DNA of 64,000 bases from Entomortierella parvispora E1425 (lineage: Eukaryota > Fungi > Mortierellomycota): assembly GCA_020891255.1 (NCBI GenBank), contig BQFW01000008.1:2108001-2172000 (forward strand), given 5' to 3'. Under the pieces are notes generated by a model that did no database searches, was not told where the DNA came from, and worked only from the letters and a program-made list of their open reading frames with translations. A program made the position numbers and the translations under genes. Each line of letters opens with the position of its first letter. Position 1 is the stretch's first letter. This document shows positions 20,605 to 31,803 of this stretch, one piece after another.

Positions 20605-23600
20605 ATGTCCGGCGCCGAAGCCCAACATTCTGATCAAACTGCGGTTGCCGTCTCCAGCTCAAAACAATAGGGCGAAGAACAAGGGCCAGCTCGCTGCAGC
20701 AACCGATACACTTTCAGCGACTGCTTAGACAAACTGAGGCACAGCGCTTCAATTGATGAGGCTGCCTGGGCACAGTACCAATCAGGAATATCCCCCGACA
20801 AGGAAGAAAAAGTGTTGTGGTTCCTTACACACCTGCCGTTGTGCAACAACCAAGACGCTGAAAAGGCATTGAGCGAAAAGGAACTCGAACAACGTCGTAT
20901 CAAATCCGCCAACTTCATGACGGAGCAGGTCTTGCTGCTCCAGAGTCCAAGTGTCATTGTTTTCTGCCACCAAGGTAGAATAGGAGGCCAGAGGGTAAGT
21001 TAGCAGTCTTTACAATTACTTGGTTGCTTGACAGGATATGTTTCGTGGGCTGCTTCCTAAAACCCAACCACCTTCCTATTTTCCAATCTAGGACCACTGT
21101 ATCAAGAGGTATGTTACTACAATTAGCTCCAAGAGGGGATACGATGGTGTTAATGATGATGGGCCAATGATGGCTTATGAAATCAAAAGTCGCCAAGAGA
21201 GAGAAGAGCTGGAAGAATGGGGCACGCCTCGTCACACCTGGGTCTCTGCAGGCGACGACTCTGCCTGCGCAATACATTCTCATCTCCCTGAAGAGCCGAT
21301 TGCCTACGGACAGAGGCAGCCCCAAAGCTGTGTCGAATCTTAATTCCCTCCGTTTTCGACGTTTTCGACCAAATGAGATGAATCAAGCCCGTACGCCAGC
21401 GCACATTGACTCTATTTCAGACAAGGCTAAAGGTAAGAATTAAATGGATTGATATATGGTATCATAGATTGTAGACTACTAACTAATCTTCAAACTACAG
21501 TCTTCGATGATGCAGAGACTGACAGTCATGGATGCAGGGTCATTTATGTTCTGAGGACACTGGCTACCGTACTCATCATCAAGAAAACCCTGGTTCACCT
21601 TTCGAAGCTGATGAGCAGACGACCGAATACCAGGTCTTAGTTGCAGATCAGGATAACTTAGGCCAGTTCGTAGAGAGCCTGAATCTTTTATCAAAAAGAT
21701 TCTTTATTCGGACTGCGCAGAGTTGGTTGTGGGGAGCCTTTTGTCTCATGTTCTCCGAGACTCAACAGACCTGCTGGGGCCAAAAGCTCGCAAGTCAAAG
21801 TCGCAAGACGCATTGAAGGAGGCTGTCACTTCGTTTCAAATGTTCAAACGGCTGCATCCAGGATTCAAAGCTGTGTCAACCCAACCAACATACCCCTCGG
21901 TGTTGTCATTGACGATCTGGCGCCCAAGATTTGCCTGCATCTGAAAATGCACTACAGAAAGCTCCCGCAGACCATCCGAGCCAAGGTAACATTCGCATTT
22001 TTGATGACATGGTTGACAACAATAATGCACTCGATTCTAATACCATATCGTGATTCTAGATGGAAAAAAGCTAGGCTTTGATCCTGCCAATGGTTCAACA
22101 GCCGAATATAACATTGAGAACATTGCAGAGAATAGCGGTGATGGTGACGCCACTCTTGATAAAGACACCGACGATGACGATCCTCGAAAGAAACCTAAAA
22201 ACATTGTCCTCGACATATCCTGGCTTGCTGGAATGATCTTCAAAAGCCCGCTACCGCAAAGCAACCTCAGTCCTGCATCCAGCCAAAGATGAGAGACTGC
22301 TTTATCGATATCAGGGAAGAGTGGCTGATGCGCATTTTATGAGGAGAAAATGCGGGAAACGTTAGAAAGATCTGGAGTGGCCGCTCGTGCGACAGCCAGT
22401 GGGCCCAAACTAAGTCAACTCGTCGACGGTTACCCTCATCAAAATGCTCTTCATCGGCGATAAGGAGTATATTCAACTTGCAAACAAGCAGCAAACAATA
22501 TATGGGAATTGTACAACAACCGTGGAAGAACGTTCTAAGAGCACTCTGGCATCTATGGGCAGGGAAGGCTGAGCCGGTACCTGGTCGACCGCATCGACTA
22601 TTACAGAGTCCGACACAATGAAGCTCTCTGGGCCAGGTCGTCATCCTCGTTATCGTCAACATCTGCAGTGCTGTCTCCTTCCAACCCTTCATAACTGCCA
22701 ACACCACCCCAAGGAGCAAGCAAGGTCCTTTCGGTATGCATTGAACAACTTCATCCGTACAGACGACCATCAACTACAGCTTTTAACGTATGACCTTACC
22801 AAGAAACGACAGGCGCCCGGGCGCAAAAACCATCTATGACATATTGGGAGCCGATACACTACCCGTCAATTGATAATCGACATCTTTGGTGAAGACTTGG
22901 AGTCTGTACTGGTAGTCGGCATTTGCCCGGGAGAAGTTGTCAGCGGCGCGTTCTGTTTGCGTCTGAATGAGGACACTGTGGTCAACTTGGTGGTGAAGCG
23001 CACGTCACTGTGCCTGCCCACACTGACTTTCAGAGCACGGCAAGAGGAATGGAAGTGACAATGCCCGCAAGAATGTCCCGCGGACAGTATCAATCGGCCT
23101 TTTTGCCAATCCTGGGACGACCTCGAGTCTGCCCACAAGCGGTACTTCAAGCTGGAGCCAGTAATACACGGATTTTACTCCTCCCCAGATTGGAAACGCG
23201 CAGCTCATCAACATAGGATGGCAGAGTTGTCTGAAATGGATCTGGCGGTCGCAGGGGTGTTGCGCATGGTCGACGGGGCGCTGGAGGGCACCCCAATCGC
23301 AGACCGGAAGGTCTTTTTCGCCCTCGGCGGCAAGTTCAGAACGGGGCTGAACCTCACATCGTTGCGTACTACGTTCCTCCGCCGCTTGGCGCAAAAGGTA
23401 ACAAAAAGGATGAAAGGTTGAAAGGGCGCTTCCAGAGCAATATGGAGATAGCGTGAATACTGACTATTTCATTTTAATGACTATAGAGCACGGCCCTGGG
23501 ATACCATACCGCATTTGTGGACGAGTACCTTACGTCCATAATGTGCCCAAGGTGCGTTGCCAGGGGCGTAAAGACCAGGCTCGCCAAACCTTCGATGCGT

Positions 23601-23749
23601 GTGTGCGCCTGCACCGAGTGCAACGGTGGATCCACCGCGACCTGGTGGGCGCACACAGTACTGCCCTGATTGGCGAGCAGTACGTCAAGACTCTCGGACG
23701 ACCAGAGCCCCTCGCAAGGCCCCTTCCACTCCAAAGCACACCACTATAG
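20605..23749 (+). pseudogene. Fanzor (eukaryotic TnpB/Cas12-like RuvC nuclease), intron-containing, degenerate
   Basis: In order: FIRTDD (TDG-like, 22759), VVGICPGE (RuvC-I, catalytic Asp position is Cys, 22924), VDEYLTSIMCPRC (RuvC-II Glu 23523 plus Zn finger), CACTEC, WIHRDLVGAHS (RuvC-III Asp 23639), RPEPLARP. Introns include 21986-22059 and 23398-23486. Several stops and frameshifts. Confidence 0.8.
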
Positions 23750-25167
23750 ACAGTCACTATAGTACTTTTATCCCATCTGCCTGCTACGGAGTAGGGATAA
23801 TAAAGCACCTAGCTTCCACCCATACCTATTGCAGGTGACCACCCACCGAGAGAGATGCGATATAACGAAAGGCGGTAGTAGTCATTCCCACTTCCCTCTC
23901 CCTCCTGCCTGCGCCATGACCATCTACTGAGCACAGGGCTTGACCTTGCCAAAGACTGGTGCAGCTCGATGAGATCTTTTGCGGCAGTCAAAGTGGCTCT
24001 ATCTTGTGTCTGCTGTTCGGAGCATCTTTTCATCTTTGGAAAAGTTTGTCCAGAGTGGCTTTGGGTGAAGTGACGCATATGTTCTGGTTTCTTTTTTCAT
24101 TACCTTTGCTCTTGCAGTTAGAGATACACATCTCTGTTATATATCTCCGTTACAGCAAAAGACACGTTGACCACCATTGTCTTGGAACAGCCCTCGGCAA
24201 ACCAGCCCCTATAACGTCATAGCCCCTGTCTCATGGCCCTCGCCTTATAACTCCTGTCTAGCTCTTTGTCTCGAGCAATCCCCCGATCATTCTATTCCTG
24301 TACAAAAGGGCTCAGGACCTTCTTCACTCCAACTTCAGCACCATCACAAAACACTCAGAATAAATTCCTGACCACAAAGAAATCCTCGCCCAGGTCCTTA
24401 CCCTCGTCCTGATTTTTGTCCTTGTCCTTGTCCTGGCCCTAGTACTGGCCTTATTCTTGTCCCATTCTTACCCCAGTCCCTTGCCTCTTCCTTTCTAATT
24501 GCGTCGTTGACTTGAAACTTGTTGCCCATAATCTTTACAGTTTGACTGAGAACGATGCGAATCGCCTTGATCTGTAATATCTCGATGAGGACAGGGCTCA
24601 CTAATCCGAGACTTAGTTAGCTGTGAGAGCTCGCTCAGGGTGCTTCCGAGCGGTACCACTGCAAGCCCCACAAAGATCCCGAAAAGGAAGAGAGGGAAAG
24701 CGCGGAACGAAATATCAAACGAAATTTGCCCAAAAATGTACTGTGGGGTATGCAATTACGAAGCATATTTCTATTCTTCTTCATGTGTGCACATAGATGG
24801 TTTTCGTTCCTTACCAGCATACACCCCACTACGACTCAGGGCATCGTCATACGCCCATGTAGAAGCACCGCGGTGCTCTCGTTTTCATGCGGCGGAGCAA
24901 ACTCTTGAGGCATGGAGCCGTTGGACCGCCTTCACGCATAGCTGCCATCGCTGTTGTTTCGATGGAAAAAGCTTCGCGTGTGCTGGTTTGGACTTTGGGG
25001 AGTAACTCGAGGTTGGTGGGGAGCGTCGTGCATGTAGACGATTTTCAGTGCAGGGTAGAGAGAAAAAGACTGTTGCAGGTTTGAGCAGTGCAGAGCGGAG
25101 AGAAAGGGCTAATGCCCATCCTTAATGGCCTCGATGGTGTGGCAGATTGTGTGACTATGGCAGGGTA

Positions 25168-25247
25168 GAGCTGTGTATCTGTGGTGAGAGCTGTGTGTCT
25201 CGATGAAGGTTGCGTGTCTGTGGCGTAGGCGGTGTATCTTTGGTGGT
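25168..25247. repeat. Degenerate tandem repeat, 4 x 20 bp
   Basis: GAGCTGTGTATCTGTGGTGA / GAGCTGTGTGTCTCGATGAA / GGTTGCGTGTCTGTGGCGTA / GGCGGTGTATCTTTGGTGGT. Confidence 0.6.
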
Positions 25248-25268
25248 GGCGATGTGATGCTCGCACGT

Positions 25269-26035
25269 CTATAGTGATGCAACTCGTTTAGAGCACTGCT
25301 GTTGAAAAGCGAAAAGAGGTGGACGTTGTGCCAATATAAATCCTTCTAGAGCATCAGAACCGGCACCTAGGATTAGTAAGGACTTAGCAAAGTCCTTCGG
25401 CTTTAATACCACACTATCCAGTCTCTGCCCCTGTGCTTTGTTAATTGTCATGGCGAAGGCAGGGCGGGCAGGGGGCGGAACTCGACGAAACATGAGAGGA
25501 GACACGCCATCCTCGTCGTGTGTAATGAGTGAGAACCTGCAAAGCCACCTCAGTTGGCCTTCGAAGTTGCCATGCATGGTTCAGCCCCGACTGAATACTG
25601 TCGAAGTTCGCGGATGATTGGTCGCGTGCCATTACACACTCCCTGCGTCGGGCTCATTTTTGAAGTAGGATTACAGAATGACCAATCTTCAGGGCAAACC
25701 TGTATGGAAGTGGCGAGCTAATGTTGAGAGAGTTCAAATATTCCGTAGGAAACTCTGCAACATTGGCACCATCTGCAGAATAGAGTCTATCGCAAAATAA
25801 GACTCTTCTTGAGACGAATACATCATTGCGTTCGCTATATCGTTGACTTCGTTGATGTCTTTGCTGCGAGTTGAGAGAGTGGCATGTTCAGAAAAATATC
25901 CAGGAGTCATTGCTGAAGTCTCGATGTTAGGGTAGATTGTCCGAATAAGCATGTGCCGTCCTTCTCGGTAGTTTGCGGTTGAACAATCTATCTGGTATCC
26001 TGATATAGCATTGGTAAGTGCAACCAAAATCCGAA
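25269..26035 (-). mobile_element. Helitron PIF1-like helicase relic (C-terminal part, frameshifted)
   Basis: IYPNI…YFSEHATLSTRSKDINEVN, LNSLNISSPLPYRFALKIG, QGVCNGTR and FRRVPPPARPAFAMTINKAQGQRLDSV match Helitron Hel motifs (LNSLxxSGLPPH, GLCNGTRL, FAMTINKSQGQ). Confidence 0.88.
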
Positions 26036-26135
26036 AACAAAAGTACAAACCTTTATATTTTCTCTCGCGTCTTTATTCATTTCGGAGAGTTTAGCTGTAT
26101 GGTGGGTTGAGAAGAACCATGTTTATGAAGATCGC

Positions 26136-27765
26136 CTAACTAGTAGCGCCAATCACGCCAGAGTGGATCGATGCTTTCTCCAGCTCGCGCATCTTTTCCA
26201 AAAATGTACGGATGTTGCTTTCATTCAGACGCTTCAGGATGGGGAGGGGTTCCTGCTGTGTCTGCCGTGGTGGCTGTCCTTGATGTGCCTGGAGGTGTAG
26301 GCCTTCATTTAGGCCTGCTTGATCTATGCTGACCTGGCAGGGTGGCTTATGTTCATCTCGCCACAGCTCAATACTAGTCTCAGCACCAACAGAGGCGGGC
26401 CTCGTTCCTTCAGCATGATTCGCCGATGTTGGAGGAGTGGTCAGGTTTCTTGTGGGTGCTGCAGAAGTAGGTTGCCCATGATCCAGATGTCCACTAGTCC
26501 TTTGATCTGATATTCGAGGGTGGCAAAGTCTCTTCACAATATCCACAGCCATAGCTGACATTTCCCGAAGTTGGCTCCTTCTGAACTGAATCTCATCTAA
26601 TGAGGTCTTTAGGTCTTGCCTGTTAGACTGCAGTTGATAATCCAATTGCTGTAGCTGAACAGAAGCAATGCTGTTGGATTTCCGCAGCTCTTCTAAACGT
26701 GAAGATGTATCTTGAACCATACTGTTTCTGAGCGCATGCTGATTCCTAAACTCTGAAGTAAATGGAGAATAGGGCCACTTGAACGCTTCCAGCGGGTGCT
26801 CTTCTCAGATGAGAAATGAAAACGCGTTAGACGGGGGCGAGTAGATCATCAATAAACGATGCATGTCTTACCCAAATCTAAAGGAACACTGTTAAGCCCA
26901 ATTGTTGTATGTCGAATTGAGGGTTGTAATGCAGATTCTGATACCATTTCTTGTACCTTCTTGCTCGTTTTCCCCCGTTTCGAGACCGTGTCCTGTCCTG
27001 ATACAGCCGCCCTCTTGCCCTTCCCTGCCACCTTTTCTCCAGCCGGGGTTCGCTTCTTGTATTTTGTGCCGGGCTTGGGGCCTTTTTTCTTTTTTACGAT
27101 CACGTCAGGAGCAGGAGCATTCTAAGTCAAGAAGAAGCAGTAAGCATTGAAATAGAGAACGCATTCAGCTCCAGATAGTGAATATCCTTCTTACATCGTC
27201 CACAGCGGCAGTTTGATCAGTCTTCGGGTCGCTAGACTCAATCGCCTTGATTGAGGCCGACGTTGCAATCAATTTTTTCTTTGGCGCCTTTGCTTTGGAT
27301 GGTGATGGTGATGGCCTGGCCTCCTTGACCGTCGCGTTGCTGACTTTTGCAGTTGTTGATGGTGTGTCGAGTACAGCTAGGGTCTTCTCCTTATTGGGCA
27401 AGGCAGAGTTAAGACTGCTGGAGTCTACGAGGTCAGCAGGCGATGGCTTTGCTCTGTTCTCCATGATTGATGCTGAGGCATGGATTTCCCTGGCCTCAAT
27501 GTTCTCATTGGGGTCCTCATTGCTTATGGTGTCATTTTGATCTCGAGCGTTGCTGGCCTGGTCGCTATCCGAATCTACTGGAAATATATTGTAAGTATGT
27601 TAGAAGGACTTCCTCTTGAACATAGGGCATTTCTGGACGGACGAGTACATGCGATCACGCGTTACCGGAGCCGGAAGAGTTAGAGTTACTGTTCGCAGGT
27701 TCAAAGTCAAGGTCATTGGCCGAATCCGAGTCTGAATCGTACTGCAGGTCCATGAAGGATGACAT
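26136..27765 (-). CDS. Hypothetical multi-exon protein (acidic N-terminus, basic KKKGPKPGTKYKKR motif, coiled coil)
   Basis: ORFs 27655-27765, 27165-27581, 26849-27103 and 26136-26720 join through GT-AG introns. The first junction was checked and is in frame. Confidence 0.6.
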
Positions 27766-28194
27766 TGCAGGGAAGGTGGAGGCTGAGGAGAAGGAGGGAG
27801 AGAGAGAGAGAGAAGACCCACGGGGCAAACAGACAGACAGAAGGCAGGCGGCCCTTTTTTGACTTTCTTTCTTCCAGGTCACTTTCTTTCGCTTGTGCTC
27901 CGCGCACTGTTCAACTGCATCCCCAACACTTTATCCTGTCGTGTTTCTTCTAGTCCCCCACTTTTCTTTCTTTTCTCTTGTCCTTGACTCTCCCTTTCTC
28001 TCCATTCAGCCGTTTGTTTGCCAATCGTCATCATTCTCTCTGCTCTTTAAGCGCCAATACCAGCCCGTGGACCGCCCTAATCACTTTGTCGGCCGTACGC
28101 CACGCCACCGTGTCCACTTCCGCCAGCTCCACTTGCCAAGAAAAAACAGCACACATTCCCTAACACAAAAGGGCCGAGCGTGTCTTCTGATTCC

Positions 28195-30233
28195 ATGACG
28201 CTATTTGACCTGGGAATGTACATGGCAAAGTCCATGTGGGCTTTTTCGTATGCCACTGCATCTTTTGTAACCTTGGTCCTGACTGGCGTGGCCATCTCAG
28301 GAGCAGCTACAAGGAATAGAAGCGTTAATATAGTCCTCTGCTTGCTGAGTAACCACCTCTCGGAGCTGCCGTTAACAATCATGTTCACGGACGCTTGCTT
28401 TTACACCTGGCTTAATGTCACAGGGGTCTTTCGTGAGTCCAAATCCAGCTGAGATAATAATGATACTCTGGATACAAGGCAGTTGCTAACAGACCTCCTT
28501 GCAACCTCTAGAGGAGTCCTTGCTTGTTCGTTTCTTTTACTACACCAATATCATCACTGCCATCGGTCTACTGTATTTGTTCAAGCGGTCCTTGGAAAGT
28601 CGGGAAGTGGGGCAAAAGTTCCTGGATCAGATCTCGAAGGACAGGAAAAAATGGATAGAATTACCAGGATTGTCCTCGTAAGAGAATTGTCTACGTAACC
28701 TTTCTAGTATAACGCAAGAGTCCTAACTGATCATTGGCTTTTCTTCTGGATGGACCTAGACCGAGGTTCTGGCAACAACTGCTCAACCCATTCCACTGGC
28801 CCAGGGACTGCACAGTTTACCAAAATAGTATGTGCCTAGCATCGGCATGTACCCTACCTCAGCCGTAGAACTCTAATCAGATAACATCCCTTCTATCTCT
28901 AGTTCCTTATTGGACCCAGTCAGAACAACTGAGTGCTCAAAAATCTGATGGCTGGGAATCTGTCGTGGATATGGCGCTTGATATTTACCGACCAAATACA
29001 GTACAGGGAGGCGACGACAGACCTGTTCTTGTAAGAGAATCCCTATAATTTGCCCGTGACTATATGCAGGACTTCGTGCTTCATGGAGCTGATGATCAAC
29101 TTTGGATTTTAGTTCTACATTCACGGGGGTGGTTGGACTCAAGGAAGCAAGAAACTGTTGTCGCCTTTAATTACAGAGATGATTTCACACGAGTGGGTTG
29201 TTGTCTCTATCGATTATAGACTAAGGACCAAGGCAGGATATCCGACGCAGCTTGTAGATTGCAAGAGAGCGCTTCGCTGGGTAAAAGACGAGATCAGGAC
29301 GTTCGGAGGAGATCCAAGTAGAATTATTGTTGCCGGCGACTCTGCTGGCGGCCAAATGGCTGCAATGATCTCACTAACTCCGAATATTGCAGAGTATCAA
29401 CCAGGCTTTGAGGTCGTGGACACGACTGTGCAAGGGTGTCTGGGTTTAAGTGCTGTTTTGAATATTGTGGATTTGGAGAACTATAGTCACCATGATGCCA
29501 GAGCACGCTTTATCAAGGATATTGCCAAGCGTGATGGGTCTCCAGAATCAGCCGAGAGTAAAGCAGTTGAGATGCAATGACTGGTGTCCAACTTTGGCTG
29601 TCCGAAACTAACCTGATACCGTCCATGGTTATCATGTTTTTTTTTGTCCGAGTAGATCTAAAGTTTCTGACGGAACATTCGCCCAGGTTCAGGATCAAAG
29701 AGGCCGGTGTTCCATTCATGATTGTCCAGTATGACCGAGACAGTTTTAGACTGCATTCCTTGCTACTTGTTAGTATCCAGGCTAAATGCTAAATGCTTGC
29801 TACATTTTATTGTGTCACTGTTTATTTCTAGTGGGGACATTGACACATTAACACCCGTCCAACATGCGCGCGACTTTGTAAGAGAATACCAGATAAGTAA
29901 GTTAGCGGACCTTCGTTGTGTTTTGATGCGTAAAAAAGAGTCCCCCAGTTTAATATTCAGCTATTTTCTTTTTCTTTATCAGGCTGCACGGCACCGATCT
30001 CCTACCTGGAGGTGCCTGGAGGTCATCATTGCTTCCATGTAATCTCTTCCCCTCGGTCGTGGTATGTCACTATTGCTGCAGCAGAGTGGCTGAATTATCA
30101 TTTTGATGCCAGTGGCAGGCAAAACACACAGAGCATCGATAATGACGGATCACAGAGCGGTAGCATAGGCGGATCTGCAACGAAACGCAAACTGCACGTG
30201 CATGATATCGTCGAGTGGGGTTGGAATACGTAG
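28195..30233 (+). CDS. Hormone-sensitive-lipase-family alpha/beta hydrolase with N-terminal membrane segments
   Basis: YIHGGGW, IDYRL, GGDPSRIIVAGDSAGG nucleophile motif and a C-terminal HHCF. Multi-exon. Confidence 0.9.
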
Positions 30234-30249
30234 AGACAATAAACCAGAT

Positions 30250-31650
30250 TTATTGAGACTCAGGAGATCCTAGAGTTGGCATCTGCTCAAGCCTGCCTAG
30301 ATCCCTAATATGCGTCACGGATTTTACATCGTTTTGTTGTCCAGCGTCTGCACCGACCTGTACATCAGTCTGTAAATTACTTGCAGCCTCATGGACTCTT
30401 CGAATCTTGGTAGTGTGTCCGATGCCAAGTTGGGGTAAACCCTTATTCAACCCTTCGAGAAGCAGACAGGCCTTACAGAGTTCATTAGACGAAATATAGC
30501 CGCATCGTGTACAGCTTGACAGCGTAGGCAGTTTTGTCGTTTCGTTAGCCTGAACAGACGCTGAGAGGGCCTCCCCTGAATGAATAATATCCACAATCGC
30601 CGTACGCCGCACTGCTTCCAAGTCCTTGAGAAAGACACGCGCGTATCCACGATACGCGTTGGGGGAATAGATACACTCGGTAGAGAAGTAATCCAGTTTT
30701 TTGAAGTAGGCGTACATGACGATTTCCTTTTCGTAAGTGTACTTGAAGGGCTTTGATCGAAGAATTTTGGAAGTCTCGATCCCCGAAGCGTCCTCTGAGG
30801 TGTCGTTGGTGATGATGGAGGTACATCTTTGAAGTCGAGGTAAATCACCACGGAGAACTATTGATAAGCGATGATTTGTTAGTACGAGAATTATGGGCCA
30901 TGGTTTAGAGTGGTCGGCGTCACAGAAATTCCTGTTACTTACTGTTCATTAGAACGGTCTCGGCAATGTCATCTGCGTTGTGCCCAGTCACAATATGGTC
31001 TACATTCAACATGATGGCTCCTCTATCTAGCGCTTGCCGGCGGAACACGCCGCAGAATGTACCTATTGAAAAGGGTGGTAAATATCTATCTCTTAATCAT
31101 CTATTACAAATCAACTCCATAGCACTTACAGTTATTCTTGCGTCCAATTTCCTTGACAATGTCATCCATGCTCCACCCATAAAGATCCTTGTAGCTCACT
31201 ATCAGCAGTGGAATCTGGTATTGGTCTCTGTTTCGCTTCACTGTCTCCAAGGAGTCATCTCTATATCCCGTAATTCCTTCGTCTATTGAAAGGAGAACTA
31301 AATCCAGTCCATACGAGTATCGATCATTCAGAAGTTTCAATACATATGCCAAAACAGTGGAATCTATGTAAGGGAACAAAAGCACCTTTAGTTTGTGAGC
31401 TTGATATATGTTGTTGATGCTGCCCTGCCGAGACACATATGTTACCTTTGCCGCCGCTTGCTCCAATAGCTACCCTGTCGCCTCTGCGGAATAGCTTGTT
31501 ATCCACAATGGTGTTGTGGATCTCTGTTTCAAAAACATGGTAGAAACAATCCTTGCAGAGTTGCTGTCCTGTCTTTGGGCGCTTGAGAATGGCTCGTGCA
31601 GACTGGCACAGGTTGCATGGATTCCTGATGGGCTTTGCTGTTGTGGTCAT
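30250..31650 (-). CDS. NCS6: Cytoplasmic tRNA 2-thiolation protein 1 (Ctu1/Ncs6)
   Basis: [16 protein letters not shown]-loop, [52 protein letters not shown] and C-terminal CxxC motifs. Confidence 0.97.
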
Positions 31651-31803
31651 GCTGTTGAATGATGGTTCATTTCAGTGTGCATTGTCGCCTTGTGAAAGGG
31701 CGAAGTTGTCAGTGGCTTGTGTTTGCCAGTCACGGGACATTTTTTTTTCTTGACATTCTCATAAAGTGGATTAAATAAGGCAAGCAGGACATTCATCAAT
31801 CCA

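Noticed and set aside
20590-23839. GTGACCTGC / GCAGGTGAC as TIRs of the Fanzor element
   Set aside because: Only 8 of 9 bases match, the match cannot be extended, and there is no TSD. It is compatible with chance.
23809-24755. Minus-strand ORF fragments with a hydrophobic stretch
   Set aside because: Too many stops and no family motif, so no product can be called.
25168-25247. 20-bp periodic repeats as a CRISPR-like or guide array next to the Fanzor
   Set aside because: The units are contiguous and degenerate with no unique spacers, so this is a minisatellite.
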